A DNA stretch of 64,000 bases from Mobula birostris (lineage: Eukaryota): positions 139,849,522 through 139,913,521 of the forward strand of contig NC_092370.1 in NCBI RefSeq assembly GCF_030028105.1. The letters are read 5' to 3'. The position numbers were made by a program, and so were the translations under genes. The first letter of the stretch is position 1. Each line of letters opens with the position of its first letter. The notes beneath the pieces were generated by a model. It did no database searches and was not told where the DNA came from. It was given only the letters and a program-made list of their open reading frames with translations. Positions 50,612 through 62,861 of the stretch are shown here, piece by piece.

Positions 50612-52604
50612 AAATGTAATATAACACAGCAATTTATTCCCACTATGCTACTGTGCTGCCCTTAGGGAATTATGGTTAATATTTCTCCTCCTATAAGCAC
50701 CATTGAAACAAATTATCTGATCTGTATTTAATCTCGTCTTGTTGACTTATTGTGTGAAATTGCTTCCTGCATTAGAATAGTGACTAAACTTAAAAACAAA
50801 ACTGATGCAAAGCATTAAGTAACATTCAGAACTTTTGAAAGTCTCTGTAGGTGGGGTGGCATGGTAGTGTAGTGATAAGCCTTGCACTATGACAGCGCCA
50901 GCAACATGGGTTCCACATCATCACAGGGAGAACTTGCAAACTCTACAACGACAGCATCTTGGGTTCAGATGTGAAGCTGGGTCACTTCACTAGATGTGCC
51001 ACATTTTTCTGCACAATATGGCAGAGGAATTGAGAGAAGAGGATCCAGGCTAAAAATGGTTGAAGTGATTGACATCCATTTTGAGAATATGAAGAGAGGG
51101 GTACATGGAGCTCGGAGACAGAGTTTACTGTGGCCACAGAGGATTTGTACAATATGGATGAGACTCCCAAATTCATTGTGCTGGAACATCCTGGAAACAT
51201 CCCACTGTCCAGACGATGCTAATTGGCCCTGGCAACTTGGATTTCCTTTTACCAAGGACAGATGTTTTAACCATCTGCATCTGATGGGTGTCTCACGAGC
51301 AAGTAACAAGTGAGACTGCATTTAAAGGCTTTGAACAGTCTTAATGACTGGTAAAATGGAAGTGTCCTGACAAAAGCCTGTGGTGGGATCAGTGACAAGA
51401 TCAAGGATCAACTTTATTCACCATATATGTTTACATATATTAGGAATTTGGAATTTGCTGTGGTGTGTTAGCGTAACATGCAACAAAAACAACATTCAAC
51501 AATTTTAAAGAATAAAGAATTATATGGAAATAAAGAATTATGTACTATATTAAATACTAGCAGGTTATTTACAATGTAAGCAGCATTATAAAAAGTTTAA
51601 AGCTTCTGCAGTGCAGTGACAGGGGTAATAAATAGAGGGGGTTGGGGGGGAAACCGCTTCTATTTTACATGATGGTCGATTAGATTAACTGCCTTGGGGT
51701 AGAACCTTTTAAGATGGCCCTAATAGCCTTATAGCCTTTTCCAGAAGGGAGCTGCTGGGAAAGGTATTTTGCAGGTTGGGTAGTGTTCTTACCACATTCA
51801 GAATGACTACAATACTTCAGTTTAGTAGTTAATCTAAATAGTAGCAATACCGTTCTCTGTTTTAGGAGTATTTTGCATATATATGTTAATATACTTTAAG
51901 GAACTTTGATAATCCAGCATCTGCTTGCTTGGGACTTCTGGTAGTTCCATACCTGACTCACATGTTTGCCTGGAGCATGAGTTGTAATTAGCAGTGTAGG
52001 GAAGGAGTACAGTCGGAGCTGGAGCTTTCTACGAGCCTGAAGCTGGGACACTGGGATCAGAAACATGGAGTGGCTTGTAGCCAGAGTCAGGATTTAGAGT
52101 ACTTGAGTATGTCCATGGCCCTTAAACTCACCAGATTCGCTAATTATTACAACAGTGTGCAATATGTATACAGCACTAATTTATAAAATTATATGTTGAT
52201 ATGAGTGGGAGTAACATCCTATAGTCCATAAAAGCTGCTCGTCTGGCACTATCAAAGTCCCTAGGGTGTGGGTTGTCTGAGTCCTATTGTAACTTGCTTC
52301 CATCAAGATGAATCTTCAATATTTCACATACAATAAATTATTTTATATACGTTCCTTGGCTTTTGTGATGAAATTTGTGAATCCTTAAAACTATGGAACA
52401 AAGAATCCTTTACTACCCTGTTCCTATGAACCAGAAAACTGTATGCAGCCTATGTGGTTTTCTCATGGAGACATGAGATAGCAGATGTTAGATCCTGGAA
52501 GGAAAAAACAACAAGATGCTAGAGGAACTTGGTGGGTCAGGCAGAATCTCTGGAGGAAAACGGACAATCAATGATTTGGTTCAAAACTTGTAAAAGACCT
52601 TATC

Positions 52605-52997
52605 ATTTCCATCGCCGCCGGCCGACCATTCCATGCACTCACCACTCTCTGCATAAAATCTTATCCCTGACATCTCTCCCTGCACCTACTTCCAAACACC
52701 TTAAAACTGTACCCTCTCATGCTAGCCATTTCAGCACTGGGAAAGAGCACCTGGCTATCCAATGATCAATGCCTCTCATCATCTTATACACCTCTGTCAG
52801 GTCACCTCTCATCCTCCATCGCTCCAAGGAGAAAAGGCCTAGTTCACTCAACTTATTCTCAAAAAGCATGTTACACGGTGCTTAGAAAAATAGAGGGCTA
52901 TGGGTAACCCTAGGTAATTTCTAAAGTAAGTATATGTTTGGCTCAGCATTGTGGGCCGAAGGGCCTGTATTGTGCTGTAGGTTTTCTATGTTTCTAA
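52605..52997. mobile_element. CR1 copy with 5' inversion
   Basis: 52605-52870 is the reverse complement of ~4170-4435; 52875-52997 matches 4475-4615 directly. Confidence 0.8.
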
Positions 52998-53705
52998 TAT
53001 GAGAGTCATGGTTAGAATGGATAGTCATTACCTTTTTCTCAAAGTGGCAAATGCCAAAACCAAAGATAGCAATTTAAGGTGTGCAGTGGAAAGTTTGGGA
53101 AAGATATCAGAGGTGAGAATTATTTTACACAGAGATTGGAGCCTGAAAAGCACTGCCCATGGATGTGGTAGAGGTTGATATCATTGGAATATTTCAAAGA
53201 TTCTTGGAAACACATAGATGTAAGAAAATTGGGAGACTATGGCCTGTGTAGGAGAGAAGGATTAGATTGATTGTGGAACACACACAAAAAATGCTGGTGA
53301 ATGCAGCAGGCCAGGCAGCATCTATAGGAAGAGGTACGGTTGACATTTTGGGCCGAGACCCTTCGTCAGGACTAACTGAAAGAAGAGATAGTAAGAGATT
53401 TGAAAGTGGGAGGAGGAGGGGGAGATCCAAAATGATAGGAGAAAACAGGAGGGGGAGGGATGGAGCTAAGAGCTGGAAAGTTGATTGGCAAAAGGGATAC
53501 GAGGCTGGAGAAGGGAGAGGATCATGGGACGGGAGGCCTCAGGAGAAAGAAAGGGGTAGGGGAGCCCAGAGGATGGGTAAGGAGTTATTGTGAGAGGGAC
53601 AGAGGGAGAAAAGAGAGAGAAAAAAATAATAAATAAATAAACAAACAAACAAACAAACAAATAAATAAATAAATAAGGGATGTGGTAGGAAGGGGAGGTA
53701 GGGCG

Positions 53706-54032
53706 TTAAAAGAAGTTAGAGAAGTCAATGTTCATGCCATCAGGTTGGAGGCTACCCAGACGGAATATAAGGTGTTGTTCTTCCAACCTGAGTGTGGCTT
53801 CATCTTGATAGTAGAGGAGGCCATGGATAGACATAACAGAATGTGAATGGGACAGGGAATTAAAATGTGTGGCCACTGGGAGATCCTGCTTTCTCTGGCG
53901 GACCGAGCGTAGGTGTTCAGTGAAACGATCTCCCAGTCTGCGTCGGGTCTCGCCAATATATAGAAGGCCACAACGAGAGAACCGGACGCAGTATATCACC
54001 CCAGCCGAGTCACAGGTGAAGTGTCGCCTCAC
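53706..54032 (-). pseudogene. GIY-YIG endonuclease domain of a Penelope-like element (open frame, 5'-truncated)
   Basis: GVIYCVRFSRCGLLYIGETRRRLGDRFTEH...VATHFN...LEEQHLIFRLGSLQPDGMN. Confidence 0.92.
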
Positions 54033-54347
54033 CTGGAAAGACTGTCTGGGTCCCTGAATGATGGTAAGGGAGGAAGTGTAAGGGCATGTGTAGTACTTGT
54101 TCTGCTTACAAGGATAAGTGCCAGGAGGGAGATCGGTGGGAAGGGATGGGGGGGTGTGAATGGACAGGGGAGTCGGTAGGGAGCAATCCCTGCGGAAAGC
54201 AGAGAGGGGGAGGGAGGGAAAGATGTGCTTAGTGGTGGGATCCCGTTGAAAGGGGTTCCATCCCTCCCCCTCCTGTCTTCTCCTATCATTTCGGATCTCC
54301 CCCTCCCCCTCCCACTTTCAAATCTCTTACTATCTCTTCTTTCAGTT

Positions 54348-54383
54348 AGTCCTGACGAAGGGTCTCAGCCCGAAATGTCGACT
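54348..54383 (+). ncRNA. Minimal type I hammerhead ribozyme motif (best-preserved copy)
   Basis: AGTC-CTGACGA-A-GGGT-CTCA-GCCC-GAAA-TG-TC-GACT; CUGANGA and GAAA cores intact; predicted cleavage after GUC at 54379. Confidence 0.8.
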
Positions 54384-55381
54384 GTACCTCTTCCTATAGA
54401 TGCTGTCCGGCCTACTGTGTCCATCAGCATTTTTTGTGTCTGTTGCTTGAATTTCCAGCATCTGCAGATTTCCTTGTGTTTGCGAGATTGATTATGGAGT
54501 ATGTTTTTATACTGTAGGCCTGCACGACATCTGTGGTCGAAGGGCACATACTAAGCAATACTGTTCTGTCTTCTTTGTTAATTTGTAATGAATTTGGTCC
54601 ACCATGTCTCCAGCATTTCCTGTATCGACTTTGTAAGTCTCCCCTCTGAAATTCACTGCAGAACTCCAACTCTCTTCTGCATCCCTGCAGTTACCGCTCC
54701 CTTCCTAAGACCTTTCTCAATTCGACTGTTCCTTTAGCTCTTATCTTCCCATCACTCGAGACCAAAAGTCGCCTCCAGGTGAAGCCACAATTCACCAGCA
54801 CTCTTTCCATTCTAGAGCAGTGCAACTGTGCTCATTGTGTGGGATCCTTTACCTTAGAGAAAGTAAGTGTTTAACACCCCTTTCAGTCTGTGAAGATGAC
54901 CTTAAACTTCTATTTTCTCGTCATTTTCATCCATCAACAGTGGCAACTGTGTCATCCAGATTGTTTGGGTCCCTTCCCACTTAAAAATATTCTCTTTGAG
55001 CTCTCTATTCCTCCTTCTCCACAACTTATATATTTGTTCTCTCACATTTCCAATTCTGATTAAAGGCAACTGACCTGTAAGGTGAACTGTTTCTATCTCT
55101 TTGTAAGCTACCTGACCTTCTGAAAATCTTCTGTCCTCTTCTGCTTCACCTACATTGACTTTTGAAGCTGTATTCTGTTTAATTTTTCTTGTGACTTTTC
55201 ATGCTTTTAGCTTACATCTCAGCACCTGAAGATTGCTGCAAAGAATCTTTTTTTAAATTTCTGTCTATTGACATGTTGTTCAGTCCTGTTTAACTCATAG
55301 TTCTGACGGTCAGGGAGTCCTACAAGAAGCACATAGGCCCTTCTGTCTACCAAGTCTATGCTGATTATCAGGTGTCTCCTT

Positions 55382-55606
55382 AAAGTTCAAAGTAAATTTA
55401 TTTTCAAAGGTAATAATATTTATTAATAAAGTATTACTGTACGTGACTCAGGTTCATTTTCTTGTGGGCATTCACAGTAAATACAAAGAAACACAACAGA
55501 ATCAATACAGAACTGCACACAACGAAATAGAAAATCAATATGCAAAACACAACAAACTGCAATTTAAAACAAAACAAAATAATAAATAAATAAATAAATA
55601 AATAAA

Positions 55607-55637
<31 letters not shown>

Positions 55638-55890
55638 TAAATACCAAGAACATGAGATGAAGAGTCCTTAAATGTGAGTCTATAGGTTATGAGAACAGCA
55701 TAATATTGGTTTGAGTGAAGTTATCCCCTCTGGTTCAAGAGCTTGAAGGTTGAAGGGTAATAACTGTTCCTGAACCTGGTGATGTGGGTCTTGAGGCCCC
55801 TATGCCTTTTTCCTGATGGCAGCATTGAGAAGAGAGCATCTCCTGGGTGGTAAGGGGACCCTGATAATGGATTCTGCTTTTCAGCTCCAG
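55382..55890 (-). mobile_element. Rex1-derived non-autonomous element with (AAAT)n(AAGC)n microsatellite
   Basis: Matches 10505-10920; microsatellite at ~55578-55640. Confidence 0.75.
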
Positions 55891-56634
55891 CAGTCCAGGT
55901 TCAATATTGACCGCCGATGCGCTCATGTGCATTTACATTCCCATTCAGTGAAAATTTAGAAACGTGATAACTTGGTCTACTCCTCCAATTTATTGATCTA
56001 GAAGGTGAATAGTTCCCAGCAACAAAATACTGTGGCATTCCACTATTCACAGCCTACCAACTTGATGAAGACTTGTTTATATGTGCTCTTTGTAATCTTT
56101 TAATTAATTCTCAATTTGTGTAAGTATAAAATCCCAATTTCACATATTCTAACATTGTGCAGCAACCTTGTAGATGGAAAATTTCACTAGGAGTCTGGGA
56201 TTATTTTCATAACATTCCTTATCACTATCAGACGTCAATGTTGGAAGTCTCTCATGCTGGAGTAAATGCTCCCTGATCTAAAGTTTTTCATGAATTTATA
56301 CTGTTTCACAGATACCTTTTTCAGCTTTTTCTCGACCATTGTGAGTACAATAAGCAAGTAGGTGATTTGCAACATCAAGCTTCAGTGCCCACATACCTTA
56401 TCGACATGATGTATTTCCTCTTTTTCCAAAATCTCCACCTGTTGCCCTTCCTGGAGGCTATGAGATGGTTGTTAATGCAGTACCCCAGCATGGGGACATG
56501 AGCAGCCACTGACTGGCGTAGGTTTGCGCTGATTTGAGTGAACCCTATCTTACCATGGAGTCCTCTGTCTCCTGCTCACATACCTATCTAGGACTATATA
56601 GAAAGCTTCCTGAAAATCCAGATGAACCATCAAA

Positions 56635-57222
56635 AACCTTCTATAGATGTGTGGTTGGAAATGTACTGACTGGCTGCATGACAGCCTGATATGGAATACC
56701 AATTCCTTTGACCAGAAAATCCTACAAAAGGTAATGGATTTGGCCCAGTACGTTTCGGGAAAAGCCTTCCCAACCATTGAGCACGACTACATGAAACTTT
56801 GCCATAGAAAAGCAGCATCCATCATCAAAGATCCTCACCACCCTGGCTGTGCTTTTTTCTCACTGCTGCCATCAGGCAGAAGAGACAAGTGCTCAGGCCT
56901 TGTACCACTAGGTTCAAGAACAGTTGCCACCACCAACCATCAGGCTCCTGAACAAGAGAAGATAACTACACTCATTCAATTTCTGGTGTTCCCTCAGCCA
57001 ATGGTTTCACTTTAAGCTCTTTTTATCTTGTTATTTCATGCTTGTTATTTATTGCTATTTATTTATATTTGCATTTTCACTGTTTGTTGTTCATTGATCC
57101 TGTTTATGGTTACTGTTCTATAGATTTGCTAAGTATGCCTGCAGGAAAAAAAATCTCAGAGTTGTACGTGGTGACGTGTATGTACTCTTATAATAAATTT
57201 TACTTTAAAATTTGAACTTTGA
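56635..57222 (+). mobile_element. Rex1-derived 3' fragment
   Basis: KAASIIKDPHHPG...LLPSGRR; tail TAATAAATTTTACTTTAAAATTTGAACTTTGA. Confidence 0.8.
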
Positions 57223-57315
57223 ACCACATTAGTTTGCTTCCCTCATCTATCTAATTTGTATATTAGATAGATGAGAGGAGCAAATATGCATGCATGTATA
57301 TACATTAATGTGTAT

Positions 57316-58196
57316 TGTTACATGCCTCGAGATCTGTGTTTTTTTTTGAGAATGATGTAATAGTCTTTTGGAGGTCACCCGATGTTATTTTCCCACCGAT
57401 GTGAGGTCACGTGATGACATGGGCACCACAGGTATATAAGGGTAGACCCCAGATGACGCAGTGAGTTTTTTGTTTTTAGATTTCCAGGTAGAACGAGTTC
57501 TGTCTCTGTTTCTGTTACGTGTTTGTTTTTGTGATGCAGTTTCATTTTTGAAACGGTTGTGCATTCTGTTGCAAGATACAATATTACTGGACTGGAATTT
57601 TTTGGCTAGGTGTGCTGATTTATCCTATTCCAGCAGTAGAAGGGAGAGCGAAGACTTTATTGAAGTATAGGATCGAAGGATTGAGAGGGGTCAGTATCGT
57701 TCGGCAGTTTAACAAAGGATCGACCTTATTGAGTCTTCATTGAAGGAGAAGCGACCTGCCTCAAGATAACTCTTGCCAAAAGAAAAAAAGAGTTCATGCA
57801 AAGGTTTGCTCTCTCTAAAAGAATTTAAGGACAGTTGTTTTAAACTGTTTATTTACTGCATTGTGAATCCTTCAGACAGAACTAGCAGGAAAGTCGTGTC
57901 TATGAGGAAATCCTTCTCCAGGGAAGTTTCTCCCAATTGAACGTATAAATCTGTTGGACTTTTGAATTTACCATTTTAAGAACTATATCTGACTTTATCG
58001 CTTTAAGAACTGTTTTTGCATTTAACGCTTTAAGAACCAGTGTCAAGTGACGATTTGTTGAACGGCTGCATAACGGTTAACTTCTGATTAAAGATTTCGT
58101 TTGTTTTTTTTTATCGTTTATCCGTGTTTAATAAATGTTTGGTTGTTTTTAGATAACCTGTCTCGATTGATAGTCATCATTGCCGGTTACGTAACA
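57316..58196 (+). repeat. 5' LTR
   Basis: Direct repeat of 63068-63947; GTCACGTGA at 57406, TATATAA at 57433, AATAAA at 58130. Confidence 0.96.
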
Positions 58197-58203
58197 TAAT
58201 CTG

Positions 58204-58221
58204 TGGGGGCTCACAGGAGAT
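58204..58221 (+). promoter_or_regulatory. Primer-binding site, tRNA-Pro-like
   Basis: TGGGGGCTCACAGGAGAT matches the tRNA-Pro PBS TGGGGGCTCGTCCGGGAT at 13/18, with the first 9 exact. Confidence 0.75.
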
Positions 58222-58319
58222 GTTCCAATTTTGAGTTTAAGTGCTGGTAATTACCTTTTTGATTTGGAAAAGGGAAATATCCGATTTCTTTTGGTTTGAT
58301 TGTTGTGTGTGTTGTAATA

Positions 58320-59421
58320 ATGAATATTGACGGGTTTATGGAAACGCCTGACTCGGGGTCTTTAGAGAATGCGAGAAAACCTGAGGTATTGGAGATTGCG
58401 AGGAATTTGGATGTTAAAGGAATTACGAAAAATTCCACCAAGGCGTTCATACGAAGAAAAATCGCCGAGCATTATATTAATTTGAAATTGTTTGATGAGG
58501 AGGTGTTAGGTAAGTTTCCAATGAGTAAACTGGAAATGCAGTTACATCTTGAACAAATAAAGTTAAAGCAATTAGAAGCTGATTTGGAAAAGAGTCAGTT
58601 AGAAGCTGTAAATAAACAGAAGGAATTTGAGGCTATGGAGGCTAATAGAAAAGGGAATTTGAAGAAAGAGAAGCTGAAAACCAAAGGAAATTTGAGCGAG
58701 AGATGCAGTAATTAAAGTCCGAGAATCAGTCTTCTGGTTCTATGAAACGGTTTATTGCTAGTCGTGAGGTTATTTTGGCTCCTCAATTTAATGAAGCTGA
58801 AGTGGACAAATATTTCCAGCATCTTGAAACTATTGCTCTAGTTTAAAGTGGCCGAAAGACCAATGGCCAGTGATGTTACAAAGTGTAATTAAAGGCAAAG
58901 CACAACAAGTTTATACAGCTTTAAATGCTGATCAAGCACTGAATTATGATATTGTTAAGCAGCATATATTAAAGGCGTATGAGATGGATCCGGAAGCGTA
59001 TAGAGAAAGATTCAGAAATTTGAAGAAATTGGTGGAAAAAACTTATGTGGAATTTGCCTATGAGAAATCTGTGTGTTTTGAGAGATGGGTTTCCTCTAAA
59101 AATGTGAATGGGGAGTATAATAAATTAAAAGAATTGATTTTGCAGGAGGAATTTAAAAGAAACATTCCTGTTGAAGTGAGAACATACTTAAATGAACGGG
59201 ACACTGCTACATTGCAGGAGATTGCTAAATTAGTTTTAATTCACAAGAATAAATTCTCTCCGGGTAAAATTTTTAAGAGGAAAAATAGCACAGAGAGTCA
59301 AGGTAAACCAGAAATTAAACCTGAAGTTAGTGAGAAAAGTCAGGACGAAGGGAGACATACCCTTAGTATTATTTGTAATTATTGTAAGAAACCGGAACAT
59401 GTCGTAATTGCTTACAATTGA
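58320..59421 (+). pseudogene. gag: gag (coiled coil, SCAN-like capsid, CCHC knuckle remnant), frameshifted
   Basis: GKAQQVY...YDIVKQHILKAY..PEAYRERFR...LKELILQEEF; CNYCKKPEH. Confidence 0.88.
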
Positions 59422-59559
59422 AAAGGAAAGAGAAAGAAGTAGTCCCAGATGCTTGTGTGCAGCATATTGAAAAACCTGTAAATTCACAGAGTTTGATAAA
59501 TACTAATGAAGATGTGGCAGAGTCTGACCAAGTTAAGAAGGGATATGAAACTTTTATAA

Positions 59560-59865
59560 CATAAGGATTTGTATCCTTGAATGAAGGATCCAATTCAGTA
59601 CCAATAAGAATACTTAGGGATACTGGAGCATCTCAATCACTAATATTAGACAGTGTGCTAAAGTTTAGTGATGAGTCTTACTTTGGTGAGGTAAATTATG
59701 TAAGAGGAGTTGGGAGTGCTCTTATGCCAGTACATTTACATAGAGTAAATTTAAGGTCAGGATTATTTACAGGGGTTGTTAAAGTAGGACTATAATCCAG
59801 TTTACCTGTGAATGATGTTTCTCTTTTGTTAGGGAATGATTTAGCAGGTGGACAAGTTTTTTCCT
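59560..59865 (+). pseudogene. Aspartic protease remnant
   Basis: ILRDTGASQSLI and LLLGNDL. Confidence 0.85.
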
Positions 59866-60225
59866 GAAGAGCATTTGACAATAATTTCAAATTCTGAGGA
59901 AACACAGAGGGATTCTAGCACAGATTCTTCCTGTGTCATAACAAGAGCTATGGCTAAAAAGACTGATGTACAGGATGCGGTTGTTACCCATGACAATTCA
60001 AATCAAGATTCGAATTTTGAGGATGTATCAGAAACTTTCTTACCTACATTATTTGATCAGGATGTTGATGGTAAGTCTGACCAGAAAGATTTGTCTTTAT
60101 CTCGGAAGGAGATGATAGCAGAGCAGGGTTGAGATCCTGAGATAGTTAAATTAAAAGAACAAGCTCTTCCAGATAGTGAAATTGAAAAAGTACCAGTAGG
60201 ATATTATTTTGAAAAGGGGGTATTA

Positions 60226-61340
60226 ATGAGAAAGACGAGATCACCTACAATTCCTGCTAGTGAGGAATGGGAAGTTAATCATCAGGTAGTAGTTCCTAAA
60301 ATTTACCGAAATGGGATTTTAACTATGGCTCATAGTATTCCTTTGGGTGGTCATTCATGTGTAAAGAAAACTATGAACAATGTTTCTAAACATTTTTATT
60401 GGCCTAGTTTAAGACAAGATGTGGCAACATTTTGTAGAACGTGTCATATGTGTCAAATTGTGTGTAAACCTAATTAGGTTACTCCAGTGGCCCCACTGCA
60501 ACCAATTCCAGTATTTGGCGAGCCGTTCTCAAAGATCATTGTAGACTGTGTAGGTCCATTGCCAAAAAGTAAAACTGGACGTCAATATTTATTAACTATT
60601 ATGTGCACAGCATCTAGGTTTCCAGAGACAGTACCTCTTAGGAACATAACAGCCAAAACTGTCACAAAGTCTCTTATAAAATGTTTTACTTATTTTGGAT
60701 TGCCTAGGGAAATACAATCAGATCAAGGTAGTAATTTTATGTCTGGGTTGTTTCAGCAGATAGTTTATAAACTGGGAGCAAAACAGATTATTTCCTCAGT
60801 CTATCATCCAGAATCACAAGGAGCCTTGGAGAGATTTCATTCCACACTAAAAACTATGATTAGGACATATTGTGTGGAAAATGAAAACGACTGGGATGAA
60901 GGTATACATTTACTACTTTTTGCAGTAAAGGAGGCAGTACAGGAATCATTAGGTTTTAGTCCTTTTGAACTTGTGTTTGGGCATAGAGTTCGAGGACCTT
61001 TGGCCTTGTTGGAGGAACAGTGGATTAATAAATAAGTACACACTAATTTGCTAGATTATGTTTTAAAATTTAAAGAAAGGTTGTATAAAGCTTGTAGCTT
61101 GGCCAAGGAAAATTTAAAATTAGCTCAAGAGAAGATGAAGACTTGATATGATAAGGAAGCTAGGGGGAGGTTATTTAAACCTGGAGATAAGGTGTTGGTT
61201 CTTTTCCCATTGCAAGCCAAATTTCATGGTCCTTATGAGATTAAATCTAAGGTAAATGATGTAGATTACGTGGTAAAAACCCCAGATCAGAGAGATGACA
61301 CAGCTGTGTCATATAAATATGATAAAACCATATTATGAGA
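60226..61340 (+). pseudogene. Integrase (HHCC, DDE core, GPY/F-like C-terminus)
   Basis: AH...GGH...CRTCHMCQ; IVDCVGPLP, SDQGSNF and GALERFH; KFHGPY at ~61220. Confidence 0.92.
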
Positions 61341-61479
61341 GAGAAGCTGCTACTATGACTGTTGTGATCAATAATGAGTCTGATCTTGATAAAAACTTAA
61401 TGAATGATTCATCTGAAACTCATTTTAAACCAAACATTATTTCAGCCAGGTTGCTAAATTCAAAAATTCTAGAAAATAT

Positions 61480-62861
61480 TGATGAAAAATTAGCTCATTT
61501 ACAGCCAGAGCAGAGAGAGCAGATGAAACAGTTAATTTTTATATATAGAGATTTATTTCCAGACGTCCTGAGAAGAACCACCGCAGCTACGCATGATGTA
61601 GATGTTGGAGATGCAAAACCCATAAAACAACATCCATATCAAATGAACAGGGAAAAATGTGAACTTGCTGAACAAGAAATTAAGTATATGTTAGAGAATG
61701 ATATTATTAGACATTCTAATTCGAATTGGAGTTCATCCTGTGTTATGGTGCCTAAGCCAGACAATAGTATACGGTTTTGTACAGATTATAGGAAGGTGAA
61801 TGCTGTGACAAAAACTGATGCATATCCAATCCCTAGGGTAGATGATTGTGTGGCTAAAGTTGGACAAGCCAAATTCCTTACAAAAATTGATTTGTTAAAA
61901 GGTTATTGCTGTGTTCCATTGACAGATAGGGGAGGAGAGATTTTAGCATTTGTAACCCCATCTGGGTTATATGAATATAATGTTCTTCCATTTGGGATGA
62001 AGAATGCACCAGAGGAGGATTAATAAAGTGATTCAGGGATTGAAAGATACAGATGCTTATATTGATGATTTAGTTACAGGAAATAATACATAGAAAGCAC
62101 ATATTACTGCAGTGGAGAAACTATTTGAGAGACTTTCAAAAGCTAACTCAACTATTAACTTAGCTAAAAGTGAATTTGGTTATGCCACAGTGACTTACCT
62201 TGGTTATGTTGTGGGTCAGGGGAAATTATCACCTGTTCAAGCGAAAGTTCAGGCAATTTTAGAAATACCCACTCCAACTGGTAGAAAAACTCTCAGAAGA
62301 TTTTTGGGTATGGTAGGATATTATGGAAAATTTTGTCAGGATTTTGCAAGCATTGCTCTTCCATTAACTAATCTCTTGAAGAAAAATGAAAAGTTTGTTT
62401 GGATAGAGTCTCGTCAGGAGGTATTTAATAAATTGACAGCTATAATATGCAGTCAACCTGTACTTAAATCTCCCGATTTTGAAAAAAACATTTTTGTTTG
62501 CTGTAGATGCTAGTGATGAAGCTGCAGGAGCAGTGTTACTTCAAAAAGATGATGGTGATGAAGTTGATCAGTAGCTTATTTTTCTAAGAAATTTAATGCC
62601 CATCAAAGAAATCATTCAACAATAGAGAAAGATTTGTTATCTCTTGTTTTGGCTTTACAACATTTTGAAGTGTATGTTGGTACTACTCATAAACCACTCA
62701 CAGTTTATACCGATCACAATCCGTTAGTGTTTTTGAGTAAGGTGAAAAACAAAAATAGAAGATTATTAAATTGGAGTCTAATGTTACAGGAGTACAATAT
62801 TTTGATCACTCATATTAAGGATAAAGATAATGTGATCGCTGATTGTTTATCTAGATGTTAA
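61480..62861 (+). pseudogene. pol: Reverse transcriptase and RNase H, disrupted
   Basis: IRFCTDYRKVN, KIDLLKGY, LPFGMKNAP, AYIDDL (~62055), VDAS and VYTDHNPL...NVIADCLSR. Confidence 0.93.

Larger units (their letters stand above)
48850..50850 (+). mobile_element. Probable ancient DeuSINE split into ~48850-48978 and ~50620-50850 by nested insertions
   Basis: AGTGCTGCTTCGTTGGAGGTGCC, GCACTATTTC and CATTAGAATAGTGACTAAACTT resemble the Deu domain as I recall it. Confidence 0.45.
53278..54484 (-). mobile_element. Penelope-like element with inverted terminal repeat and 14-bp TSD, nested in a CR1 3' UTR
   Basis: TSD AGATTGATT(G/A)TGGA at 53264-53277 and 54485-54498; inverted arms ~53278-53464 and ~54257-54445. 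Confidence 0.92.

Noticed and set aside
50996-51313. 105-aa ORF in unique-looking sequence
   Set aside because: No recognisable domain or splice support; length is compatible with chance.
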